Part shown: positions 13,021-26,700 of the stretch, piece after piece
Layout of the letters: each line of letters starts with the position of its first letter
How positions within the stretch are numbered: the stretch's first letter is position 1
From: Antedon mediterranea
Lineage: Eukaryota > Animalia > Echinodermata
Direction of reading: 5' to 3'
DNA length: 64,000 nt
Assembly: GCF_964355755.1 (NCBI RefSeq)
Contig: NC_092674.1
Span: 29,016,001-29,080,000, forward strand
The notes under the pieces: generated by a model
The model's input: only the letters and a program-made list of their open reading frames with translations
The model's database searches: none
What the model was told of the DNA's origin: nothing
Translations under genes and position numbers: made by a program

Positions 13021-16000
13021 AGGAATATATATAAAGAACTTTGAAAGATAATTAGCTGAGCAAGAGCATATTAATTATTTATTATTTATAAGAAAATTGA
13101 AGTGAGATGATAAACTACAGTATGACAAAAGAGAATAACTAATTACAGACAAGTATATAATATATTTTTCCTTTATATTTATAATAATTCTACACTAATT
13201 TGTCTGTAATTAGTTATTCTCTTTTGTCATACTGTAGTTTTAATGCCTTTGCTCAGCTAATTATCTTTCTTCTTTACTGTATAGATATTTTTTTTCTTTT
13301 ATGTTTATAATAATGTAGACACTAATTTGTTCTTGAGCTATGGAGAATTTTGTACTCTGTGTTATTTTTTCCGAAATAAAAGATGAAAATTATCGAAATT
13401 TTACATTGTAAACATGTGCAAATTGTACAACTTGAAATATTTTTACGTTTTTTGAAAGCATGTCTGAACTTTGTATTGAAATTAGCCTTGGTTTCCATTG
13501 CACTAATTGTTAACAATTTTATTTATGTACCTTGCTTACTTCCTAAAACAGTGGTCATGTTACAAGATTTATCAAAACAATATAGATTATCTGATAAAAA
13601 TCCTAGAAAGTAGTGAAACCTTTTGCCATTTTTCGGCTGACCGAAACAGTTGACTAACTTGAGAAATAAGCCACGTCCACATAATCATGGAAGAATGTCA
13701 TTTGCACACTACAGTATTTAGAAACCATGGAGATTGTATTGAGCAAAAGTAATTTTTTATTCATATAGATTGAGTACATTTAACAATTAATCATGGGGGT
13801 GTTTGATTTGAAACAGTGACATGATGTAGAAAGAAGAAAAAGTGGCCTAGAGATCATTATCATCCGTACTGTACAATAAGTGCACATAACAATGTTACAA
13901 AAAGGTCATGACATATTTGTTTTTTATTGGACAATAGGTTTGCTAGTGTAATCTTATTTATTTAAAGTACTGTGTAAATAAAAACATGTGTAATTTTTAG
14001 ATTAGGAGCTATGGATTATAAATGTTAGCAATTAGAGTTGTGTACAGTACTGTATTTTAGAGTAGGCCTAATTTCTAGCCATAGTGTGCGCTACCGAGAA
14101 TGATGTTCACAAAAATTCAAACTTTTTTAAAGGCCTGAAAGAAATATGCCCTTTGTCTATTTCGTGCCTAGCTTACCTGGATAAACCGACAATAGCCCTT
14201 TCTCCTCGAAGAGCGAGATATACAGTACTTTGAAAAGTTAGCACTCATAGACTACCAACACCACTGTTGGTTTGTGTAATTTTAACAATCTGGTTTGATC
14301 TTGATGTAATCCTATTGAATTGAACAGCACAATTTTTACCTTCCATCCAAAAACAAAATTACAATGCAATTTCCAGGACACATGTAGGTCCATATTCCTA
14401 AATTTTTCTGACCTCAATCCTAACTACTGTATGATGGCTGAGGTGCATTTATAGGTCCAGCTGGATGTGCTACTTTACAATTGATAGCAGCAAACTGAAA
14501 CAGCACAATTATTACAGTAAGTACTGCCGTGCATACTGTACACAAGAGAACACCCCCCACCCCCCAATTTGGATGCTTCCGACGCATCAAGAATTCGTCA
14601 AGAATGCATCCAGAATACGTCCAATTTTTGGACGCGTTCGACGCTTTTACTGTTATGACTGCTAATTTCCCTGTATGTACACTGTATATTTCATGAAAAT
14701 AGATAATTGTAAGTGATGTAATGGACTGTAGCCTGTACTGATACATGCTTTGTTTAAACTTTGATTGTTTCTATATACAGTATCGCAATTATTCCCTTTT
14801 CTCCATCAAAAATCCAATTGTGAAAGGTTTTATACTCTACTGTATGTTAATATTTAAAAAAAATCTTTTTGGCTTAAAAAAAAAAAGATGATGCTGAACA
14901 AAGAAAACAGAAAAAAACATGGCATCACATACTGATAATGAGCATGCCTGAAGTGATGATATCATCACTGGAAAAGACCTCAGTGGTCCAGTGAGTTCAA
15001 ATTGCACGCTTCAATGATTTATGTTTATTAAAGAATCAAGTCTATCTATTGGCTAACAGAGAGGTTTGGAGGTGTGTCTAGGCCAGTAGAGAACAGCTAC
15101 AGTAGCAAAGAGCAGCTGGCTATCCTCAGTATTTATTTTCGCTGACAGAAGTTGTCTAGCCCTGCTCTTCTTTTGTGTATTGGCCTATTGACTAACCATG
15201 GAATTATTATTACAAAGCTAGCATTAACGATTCGATTTATTAACTTTAAGTTGTGTAATATAGTGATTAGTGGATGTATACAAATATGTAAGTATGAATG
15301 TCATCATTTTAAAGAAGATACACATTTGTTTTTTCTTCTGTAACAAGAATTTATAAATTAAAAATTTGATACAATCAGAGATTGCTCAAAAAGTTTAATA
15401 GTTTAGAAATAGATATAAATAAATTCTGAAGTATATAATTTTGGAAGTGCATTCATTATTTTGTTCTAGGAACATTAAAGTACTGTAAAACATTTTTAAT
15501 GAGAAGTACCACCAGTAATTTTAGATTTTATTAAAATTATATTTAATACAATCTCATAGATATTTAAAAAATAAGTATTTCAACACATAATAGTTTGGTC
15601 TCAGAGTGAGACAAGATACTGTATTTTATTTGTCAGGTCTTTGCAAAAATGAGAAAAAAATGATGGTATGTACACAGTATAACTATAATTACCTATAAAA
15701 TTATAAATACTGACATTCACTGAATCTGGGAACATCACTAATGTCCTGTACCACCACTTTTATTTATAGAATATGTTTAAGTTAATATAAATATTTGTAC
15801 TTAGAAATAAAGAATAAAATTAATAATACTATAGATGAGTTTGTTTTACATCATATTTGTGAATTTTTTGTGTAATATTATAGGCCTATATATTTTTTAA
15901 TTTTTATGGATCACACACAGAAATTGGATGTTTTTTTAAAGTTGTTTTTTTTAATTCAATTACAATTTTTTTAATTATGAATTTTGAATAAATTGGAAGT

Positions 16001-17712
16001 AAAAATAACAGTAGACTATTTCAATTGTAAGCGATTATTTTTAGTTTGACCACTGGACAGGAATTTAAGGAATAATTTGTAGCTTTGCGGGTGTTATTAA
16101 TCAAAACAATTAACAGTTGATATTATACATCGGCAAATTATTAAAAAGACCAAGAATATTGTAATTTTTTTGAGAAATTAAACTTTCAAATCGCACTAGG
16201 CCACAAGTTTTATAACAATTTAAAATAGTATAAACAACAAGATTTACATTTGAAAATAAATACAAAAGCAATATCAGTATTAAAGATACAAATCAAATCA
16301 AAATCCAAAGTAAAATATCTAAGGTTTCAAATAAAAAGTGAAAGAGATACTATAATAGTCATAGACAGCCAATCAAACCTATGCAAAACACTGATGTTAT
16401 TTCTGTATGTCAAAATAGTTGGAAGTAAAATACAGTATCAAAAAGCTAATTATTTAACGTCTTCCTGAAAAGAAATGCCAACGTTTTTCAGAAAACTTTT
16501 TTCATTTGTTATATATACAACAACTATTATTTCAATAAAGTAATCCATCTACAAAATTGAATATGTATTTAAATTATGCAGTAACAGTAACACATTTTGT
16601 ATTTTTCTATAGCTAGCAATGCACAGTAATAGTTAATAAGTTATAGGAATGTACAGTGTGTGATGACACACATTTATTATTATAATTAGACCTATAATTT
16701 AACAGTTGGGTTGCTTGTCTTACAGTAAACTAGCTTTAGGGAATAAACTTGAGTCAAATATTAGACACACAATCATAATGTCTCTGTTGATTAAAGTAAT
16801 CATGGCAGATGCTGAATGTATTCTGTATATGTCTAATCCATTGCATTCTATGATATTATTATGAATATTTCATTCTTAAGATATGCAAAATAAGAGAATA
16901 AAATCAAAGTTTGAATCAGCCATGTTGTAATTTTAATAAATGTATTTACTTCAGTAGAAAAATGAACAAAACTAATGATTTCACTTCAATATATAAGAGA
17001 TATCTGCTAATTTTTGTCGTTATTTTTTAATGTATTATGCATTATATTTCAAATTAATTTTATATTTTTAATATTTGATGTTTGTGTTTGCAATTTTCCT
17101 TGATTCTTTCTATGTAAAGTATGTATCGGTTTTTTTGTTTTATTTTATGGTTGTACAGGTATGTATTTTTTCTTTAGTTAATTTTAACTATTTAATCTTG
17201 AATTAAAAATTTTTTTTTTTTATATTTGTTTATTAAAAAAATGCCCTTTTTTTAAATAAACAAAAATAAATAAATACAAAAAAAAATACAAGATTAAATG
17301 GTTAAAATTAACCAAGAATGCGCCTGACAGAAAGTTGGCCCTTTGAAGGTCCTTCCTTCCTTCTGGCTAAAATGCAGAATATAATGATTCTTCATTGAAT
17401 AATACAGTAATTACGAGAATGTAGCCATGAAGGGATAAACTCAAATTACCTTACATTTTCTACCAACCATACTGCAGCTTGTTGATTGAATTTGATTCAC
17501 ATTGTATTATGTACAATCAATGAAACATTTCATTTCAAAAAATGTGTATTGCAATTTGACAATATTGCTACAGTACTGTATGATAATTTCCTGTATTAAT
17601 ATACTATAAAATATAATATATAAATGTTTTTGTTTTCCTTGTCAGGTCAGAGTTTAAAGAAGTTAACTTAGATACATTGTCTGTACCAGCGTCATTCGCT
17701 GGTCCTCTGACA

Positions 17713-17748
17713 ATGGACAGTCGTCGGCAGTTTTCATGCAGGCATCTA
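17713..17748 (+). CDS. ST6GALNAC: Sialyltransferase coding exon 1 (exon starts about 17646)
   Basis: Acceptor ttttccttgtcag at 17645; ATG GAC AGT CGT CGG CAG TTT TCA TGC AGG CAT CTA|gtaagt; phase 0 joins the TM exon in frame. Confidence 0.75.
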
Positions 17749-20700
17749 GTAAGTTGAAATATTTCTTCCATTTATTTTAATTATAATGAATTGAATTCCT
17801 GTCACAACATTGATTACTATGTAGTGTTGCTAATTACAAACACCTCAAGGAGTTCTTTATACAATCTAATTAAACAACATCTACAGGGCAATGTTAATAT
17901 CTGTCATAATATGAAGTGGCACTGTACATCAGGTAGGGAACAATCAGGAATTTTCACAATATCAAGTCAAGTATCATTTACTGTCATTTTTGTTTTAAGA
18001 AAAAAAAAACAGAAATTCTGTTTGCTCTGTTGGCGGAGCACAATATCCAACGGACACAACACAAACTCAAAACAAAAACATTACAAAAAGTGTCTACATA
18101 TTATACAGATACAGTACTGAACATTAAATGACAAACATGACATTTTAAATCAGTTCTTAAACAATCTTTTCAATCATTTTCTGAAGGATATACTGTACAT
18201 AATATTTTGTCTGTCTGTGTTATTTAATGAAGTGCCATTGTATGGAACATTTGTGCAATCCTAAACAGGATTAGACAGTGTAACCGCAAATAATTTTATC
18301 TTTAATAATGTGTTACCATGCATATGCATTGCCTTTGTATGACAAACCTTTTTTTGTGTGTTTTAGATTTATATTTTTATCCAATTTTATCATGTAAAAG
18401 TCAATCAAAATTCAGTTTTACTGTGAAGATTATTTTTAATAGATATACTTGCTCCTTCAGTCAGTATTTTTAAATTACGACTGAAAGCCCATCTGTTCTC
18501 ATCCGGTATTAATTAACTTATTCATTCATTCATTTATTCCTTCCCCGAAACCTTGACTAAGAAATACCGGGATGGTTTCCGGCGGGGGATAGTTTAACCC
18601 TAGCTTAAGTTGTGCATGCTTCATTTACTCTCTATTCTTAATTCTGGCCCCGAAACCTTAACTCAGAAATACCGGGATGGTGTCCGGCGGGGGATAGTTT
18701 TACCTTAGTTAAGCATAGTTAAGCTTAGTTACATTTTTTTTTCACATTATTGATTGTCTCCATCCCCGAAACCTCGACTAAGAAATACCGGAATGGTGTC
18801 CGGCGGGGGATAGTTTATTACCATTAGTTAAGGTCCTATGTAAAGCACCTAGATGGGTCAGTGATCCATTAGGCGCTATATAAATACTGTTTATTATTAT
18901 TATTATGAATGAACGAGGAAATGTGTGATTACTGTGTATTCTATGACAAAAGTGTTCAATGTTTACCATGTAATCAATTAAAAAACAAAATTAGTTGAAA
19001 AAATTGCACACATGATGTCTTTAGAATCGCAATGTCTTTTGATATTATTTATTATGTCATTTATTTATAAAGTAGCTTTCTATGGAAAATTTTTAGTACT
19101 GTACTTCAGTGCCTACAGTGCAGTACATCTGTCTGAAATATACAGTGTGTCTTCACTGATCTACAGCATATCTTATATAGAAAAACTTGCTTAGATCTGT
19201 ATAAAATACAGTACATAACGTTCACTAATACCACTACGGAACTTCTGTATTCATTCAGAAATGCAATTTATAGTAGAAACGCTACCAGCTCATTTCCATA
19301 ATAATCAATTCATTGCTGACAATTTCCTGTAAAGAGGCCAAATTTTATTTGATTGTAAACCAAGACTTTTAATAAGTTTTTTAATAAGTCTTTTTAACCA
19401 ATGTTTTTTCTACATTTTTATGTCTTGTACATAATCATATGTTCTGTAAAACCTGTTTTCCACTAGATGAAAAATATATTCGCCCTAACATTCCGGAGTT
19501 CTGATTGGTTGCACAATTTATCACGTCACAAAAAGTTGATGAATACAGTAATGTGATTGATTTGCGCAAATAAATTCACCTTTATTCATTCTCACAGATT
19601 TCCTAATCTTTATCGTTAATTAATGTTCTGTGCCTGTTGTGTGTATCTGTATATAGATATGTATGGGCAGCCACAACAATTATTTTTTATTTATTTATTT
19701 GATAACTTTATTTCAGAATAAATATTCTACAGTATTATACTGTACAACAAAAAATATTACAAAAGATTAAACTAAAAAAGGATTTTTTTCCCACTTAGTT
19801 TAGAGATTTGAATATCGTAACAAATAGTTTGTGGTACACCTAACCAGATTTTTCGCTATTTACAACTTTTAATCTAAAACCATACATGCTTGTAGAAAGA
19901 GGGAATTCTCCTCGTATCGTGGCAAACATGTTACTAGCTACTAGCACTACAGTGCTTAGGTAAGCCTAGCAACATTCTCAATGAGTTGTTGTAGCACACC
20001 TCCAGAGATTATACTATTTTGGTTTTTACCTCTGTTTTCCTTCATTTAAAATATTTACTTTATTATTTTAAAGTGGAGCTCCACCCAGAAAATTACTATT
20101 TTTCATACATTTCAACTATTATTTAAAAATATCATCCCCCATACTTCATATTTTTTTGATTTTTTTTTCAATGAGTACGAGTTTCTTGAAAATCACGCCT
20201 TTTTGCGTTTTGGGGGGATACCTTGTAATTTCCTATTCTTTTACATGCAAAAGGGGGTATATTTGAATAATGCTAAAAAATTAATTTCTTCACTAAAAAA
20301 AAAATTTTAAATGTAGTTTTATGTAATTTTTCCAGATCTTTCTATTTCTGGTATAGTTATCGCGTATACATTGCGCAATTTTGCGTAAATAGACACTTTC
20401 CCCCGTTCGGGTCCAATTGGGTTTTTTATTTTGCTAGGGAGTATGATCACGTGACATTTTTCACAATCACACTACTGCAGCTGGCGATCTGTTATTTTGT
20501 CGCGATGTTATTTTTGACAGGCAAAAAGTATATTAAAACATTCTGAATGTGACCCTATCATGTTTCACAGTGTAATAATGCGATTATGAGACTTATTACT
20601 AAAATGTCAAATCTAACGAGATTTGAGAAAGATGTGGCTATATATTCAATAAAGCTAGGCCTAGGCCTACTAGAGTGTAGGTATGTACCGATGCTGCTTG

Positions 20701-23700
20701 GGCTCCAGCTGCTAGGCTGACACTCAGCAGTGAAGTTTGTTCTGCTGTCACCCAACCTCGGCCTACCCATATGTGCCATGATAGGGTGCCTGAATAGTTG
20801 CTTTTCAGTCAGGCCTAAGCTTCCACATCGCTTTACTACTCTTGTTCTGTATAGGATTTTGTGTTTCACAATTCTAATGTGCGAGAAAACCCAGGAATGA
20901 TAAATGGGGCGAAACGACCAAGAATTTTCAAACCCATGAATGCATATAGCTAGCCTAGACAAAAAATTCAAGGCTAGCTAGGCTGAGCAGACGGCTTAGC
21001 TAGGCCTAGCTTAAAGTTAATAAACAATCTGATAAGATTATTATGCTGTTGTTGTACAGTGCAAATCATGAGGTTACAATACATGTAAATTATACCAGGG
21101 AGTTGCTCCCTGATTATACTGACATTTTTATCGGAAATATTACTTAGGCCTAGGCCTAAACAAATCGTATAAAATGTATTCCCCATTTTTCGACACATAA
21201 TTTACCAAAGGGGAGACATTTCACCCATGCGTTCACCGGCGACTAAAACGCGTCAGTTGCTAAGTGTAACGCGTTTCACGACGTATTGTAAACTAATAAC
21301 CCCTAAGTTACTGAAAAAGTGTAATGTAATAAAAAACACTATTTTCTGACGGATTTTTTAGAAATGAGTTTTTGGAAAATATTTCCGTATTTTCCCTGTT
21401 TTTTTAATGTAATCACTTTCAATTAAACATACTTAAACATAATATAAGCTGAGAAAGTCTGAGTGTAGCTCCACTTTAATAATCCCTTGCAATTTGGAAG
21501 ATAAATTGAAGTTTGAACTGTCAAACAAGATACATGTCCAGTAGATGCTCAGAGTAAGCTGAACGTGACCTGTGACCTTTCTTATAGCAATCACAAAAAC
21601 TACAGTGAATACTGTAGTAACATTTTATAACCTGTATTATAATACACTGTATTATTTAATGTATAAATATATCAAATGCATTGCTGTAACAGGGTACCAT
21701 GCTTTTTGGTAGAATCTGAGCTGATGAAATTTAATAATAAACTACTTACAGTATAGAGAGAAAGAAAGGTATTCATTGTAGAAGCAGTACAAAATCCACA
21801 CTCTTCTATTAGTTTCATTTATTTCGTGAGAAAAGAATAAATACATTTATAAATAACAAAACAAAAAACAAAAGAAAAGAGTTGAAAATACAAATGACCG
21901 GTTAAAGATGTATTTTCCCCCCGGAAAAATTATTCTTACCTTTTTTTTGAATATGCCATTTTAATGTCACCTAATAATAGTTATCCACTTTGACCAAAAA
22001 TTGAATTGATAAAAAAATGTATTTATCTAAAATACTGTAATTGAAAGTAAAATAGTCAAATTGGCTGCCAGCCAATGGGGTTTTGGTCGAATTTAACCAT
22101 TTATTTTGTAATTTTATAAGTGAAAACATTATTTTTCCTATTTTATTTTTTACAAAAGTGATTTTTTATTTTAATAAAGTTAATCTATTCAAAGTCTGAT
22201 TTTATTAATCTTTATTTTTCATGTTTTTGGGGGACAATACATCTTTAAATATTTATTGTTATTGAAGCAGAAACGTGATATAAAAAAAAACCATGATACT
22301 ATAGTGATGTGCTGATCAATATTACCATACTATGTATTGTTCAGCTAGAAAATATAATGCTGAGAATTATTGACAGTGTATAAAATAGAAACGCAATGAT
22401 AACACATTTTTAAATAACCTTGATGAGATTGGCGGCTAAAATAAATATTAAAATTGTAGCAGCCAGCCAACAAATGAGATTTGTTGATGCGTTGTGAAAA
22501 TAAAAGAATTGGATCAATTTGATTGATGTATTGATATTATTTTAATACCGTTGTGTAGTTAGAGTGAATTTAATAATATAGTCGGATATAAACGCGAAAT
22601 AACCGAAAAATAAAATCTAGATTAAAAAATATAATTTATGACCACATTTCTAGCTGATTTATTATTATTATTATTATTATTATATCAAAATTTATAAAGC
22701 GTCAATTCAAAGACCGAGGTACAAAATCAAAGGCGCTGGGCATGTTAGTGGTCGAAAAAAATGAGTTTTGAGCAATTTTTAAAATAAGGCAACAGAAGAG
22801 CAGTGTTTAATTTGTGGGGGGAGTGAATTCCAGAGTGTGGGTGCTGCAAAAGAAAACGATCTATGACCAAAGGTTTTAGTGGCTATGCGTGGAACAGAGA
22901 GTAAAAAATCATCAGATGATCTAAGAGTCCGTCCAGGAACATAAAAGGTGATTAATTGACGGATGTAAGCAGGTTGGTTGAAAAGAAGTGCTTTAAAAGT
23001 AAGGAGCAAGATTTTAAATTTGATTCGATTGTCAATGGGAAGCCAGTGAAGTTCTCGAAGAACAGGTGAAATGTGAGAGCGACGGTTATGCACTTGTCAA
23101 TTGTATGACCCACTATACGACCCCCGGGAGAGGTGCGTCATTTGTCCGATGTGCGTCATACCATTGAATACCATGACGCACCCGTGCGTCAAAAATGTGA
23201 CTTACCTTAGGTGACCATGACGCACCCATTTTGACGCACTGTTACCATGTTGTTTATGATATGGTGGGTGGTAAAGTGACGGACATTGACACACCTTGTC
23301 TATTGATGTGACGTACCATCTAGGTTTTTTGACGCACCCCTGCGTCAGTAATTATTTGTAAATGACGCACCTCTCCCGGGGGTCGTATAGTGGGTCATAC
23401 AATTGACAAGTGCAGTAGTGAACGTAATGATACGAGCAGCCGAGTTCTGTAGTCGTTGAAGACGATTAATTTGAAAAATCGGAAGGGCATAGAACAGAGA
23501 ATTGCAATAATCAAGACGAGAAGAGATAAAACCATGAATGATAGAGGATGTGGAGCGTATCGAAAGAAAACGTTAAATGTGTGGTATTATTATTTGTACA
23601 GTATCAGAGGCATTCAGTGGTACAGTACAAAGCCACACATATCTGAAGCCTGTATCATAAGCTTTACAGACAATGTCACATGTGATAAATAAAAAATGTA

Positions 23701-26700
23701 TATTATACAGAGAGTCTATTTCGTGGTGTTTTGGGATGCTCCCACTTGAAGGCACACTTGCTGAAATGTACCAATATCTGATAATTATCTGGTTAATCAA
23801 TTTGTTATATATTCGAGTTGTACTGTACTGTAAGCTACAGTACAGTTTCACTCGTATAGACTAACAACATCACTTTTGGTTTCTGTAATTTGACTGGACA
23901 GATATTGCCATATGAGATACAGTACAAAGAATCTAGTGGCATTTCTATGAAGTTTGTGTTTGCAAATCGATTCGGGTATTTACCTTAAACTCATTTTGAG
24001 TGCAATAACAAAACTTAAGTAGATTTAACATGACCACACTTGTTAGATTTTATCTCCCATACCTACAAAAGTTTTACTTTCATTTTCTGTTTTATTTTAT
24101 GTTGCACAAAATATATGTAAACTGTATTGTAATACTGTATGAATGATTTAAATAGTGGTCACAGAAATGAAAAGAGAAGAGAAACAACTTATAAACTAAA
24201 TATTTAAATTTCCTAGTGGGATTAAGTATTTCATTGAACATTAATTGACCGTTTTGAGTGCTCACTTTGCCTGGCATCATTCATGTTAAGAGCTACTATA
24301 AAACACTATCACTTTTACAATATTAGATACTGTACTGTATATATTGCTTACATTTCCTTATCAATGTATCGTGTTTGTAGAAAAGATTTAGGACTTTTTT
24401 CCTAAAAAGTGTAGTCATGTCAATTTAACTTTATTTTATGATTGCACTCTAAATGACTTTAAAGTAGTACCTCAGTCTTTTTGGGAAAACAAACTTCATA
24501 CAGTTCAGAAGGTGGATTGAAGTTATTTGTTTGCCTTGCACAGTTCATTTCGGTCCTAGTTATTGTTCAGTGGTATTGATATTTTAATTCATATTAATAC
24601 TAACTGTATGTTTCTCAATTTAATCGTTCTTTCAATAAAGAAATAATTTTGAAATAACTTGTATTTTTCTAAGGAAGGGGGAATTAATGAGTTGGGAAAA
24701 AATGCGAGAGAAAACGGTCATACAGTACTAAAGCTCTGTCTACAGTACACTATCAAACTTTATGTGGCAAAAAATGTGATGTGCCCATATATAGACATGA
24801 TGGTGTCATACAGTATCATTACCATAGTTAAGGCTATCATTACCATATTTGAGCACATCACACTTTTATTGTCAAACTAGTTTAATAGTGTAGACAGAGC
24901 TATGTTTAAAAACTCAATAAAATTACACTCCATGAATCATTGTCAATGTCTCATCAAAAAAAGTAATACTTTTTTTTAAATAACTTTTTTTATTTTTTGT
25001 TTCAGACTCCATTTCGGATATTTGCCCTTGTTTTATTCTACATATTAACAAGTATAGTATGTTTGTCGCTAGTAAATTATAATGACAATGTCTACCGAGT
25101 ACCGTCACAAAAAGAACTTATGCCTTCAATAAATTTTCAAATCAAACCATTAGATAAAAAAGATGATCTTTTACCTGAAAAATTAATACCACCGGCAGTG
25201 GAGCCGAATATAGACAGTACTAAAAATGATAAAACACATACTACTTCAGACAATCATCATCCTTCAGACAATCATCATCCTAAATTTAATTGGAAAAGAG
25301 CATTTTCTAAGGATATATATAATAAAGAGAAACAGAAAGAATTATCACCAAGTGATTATCAGCCTATATTAGGTAATTGGGTAAGTATCACAACATCATT
25401 TTCAATTTTAGTATGTATAATGACTTTTTATCTATAATCTATCTATTTACATGGAGTACACATAAGCAATAAAAATTATCAACTTGCTTTAGCAAAACCA
25501 ACTTAGTTTAAACCAATAATTTTGTTGAAGTCGGTTTTTAAAATAACTGAGCAAAAGTTAAATTCCTAAAGATAAAAGAGCTAGATTTATATTATTATTT
25601 CTTTACCATCTTGACTTTAAAACAAAAAGATAATGCCAGCCACGATACAGGTTAAACTTAAACTTGAAATTATTAAACTTGCTTAGCAAAATCAACTTGG
25701 TTTACAGTAAGCCAATAATTTGGCTTAAGTCAGTTTTCAAAATAACTAATGCATGTCTTTCCATTTGACTTAAACAGAAAGATTGATAAATGCCAGCCAC
25801 TGTATAGTGTAAAATTATTTCTTAGAAAACAATCATCAATTATTTTCTTTACAATAATGTTAAATATCAATATTAAATTTCAGACAGTTAAATTCCATTG
25901 TAGGACATGTGCCATAGTTTCAAGTTCAGGACAGCTCCTAAACCGAGGAGCTGGACCGGAAATCGACAGCAACGAATGCGTTTTCCGCATGAACGATGCA
26001 CCCACGTTAGGCTATGAAAAAGACGTTGGGTATCGGACTACTGCCAGAATTATCGGACACCTCAATTTGAAAAAGGTGTTTGAAAATAATCTTGAAAAAC
26101 AAATTGAATACTTTGACAATTCTAGTACAAGAACTGAAAAATTGTTTATACACTGGTCTTATTTAACGCAAGTTGATAAAGAGGCAGGGGAATTTGGTAT
26201 TGAATTTGCCAAAAAACATAATAAAGTGGAAATTATACAGTTCACGCCAGAAAAAATGAAATATGCTGAAAAAATATTTCGCTACGAAACAGGATTAACA
26301 AGGTAAGAAGGATGTACTGTATATGTTGTAGTTTACATAGTCACTAGTGTAACATAAACACTCAAAAAGAAGCCTACAAAGTCCATGGGCTTCTTTTTGA
26401 GGTACTGTCGGTTGGTTTGGTAGGACACTTGACTGTCATACAGAGAGACCCAGATTCAATTCCCGACAACGTCCAGTCTACTCGGCTGTAAATGAGTACC
26501 TGGTTGAAAATACTAGGGAGGATAAGGCAGAACTTGCCAACCTACAGTACCACATAATACACCAAGGCTTATTATGAGCTATTGACAGCTCATTCCACCA
26601 CGTTCAGAAATAAATATCGGACTGACTTTACATTTTTCTTTCCATGATGGGCTTTTTTATGGCGAATTAATTTTGCAAACTAAGAGGGAAGATTTTTTTG

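Noticed and set aside
18542-18834. Hammerhead or HDV-like ribozyme reading of the L2 modules
   Set aside because: GAAAC...GTC occurs in copy 3 but there is no CUGANGA. The minus strand has HDV-like nesting but lacks the catalytic J4/2 C and has a linker between P3 and P1.
20558-21198. 137-aa and 74-aa ORFs as a transposase
   Set aside because: No DDE, THAP or other recognisable motif; chance ORFs in the TAGGCCTA-rich interior of a non-autonomous element.
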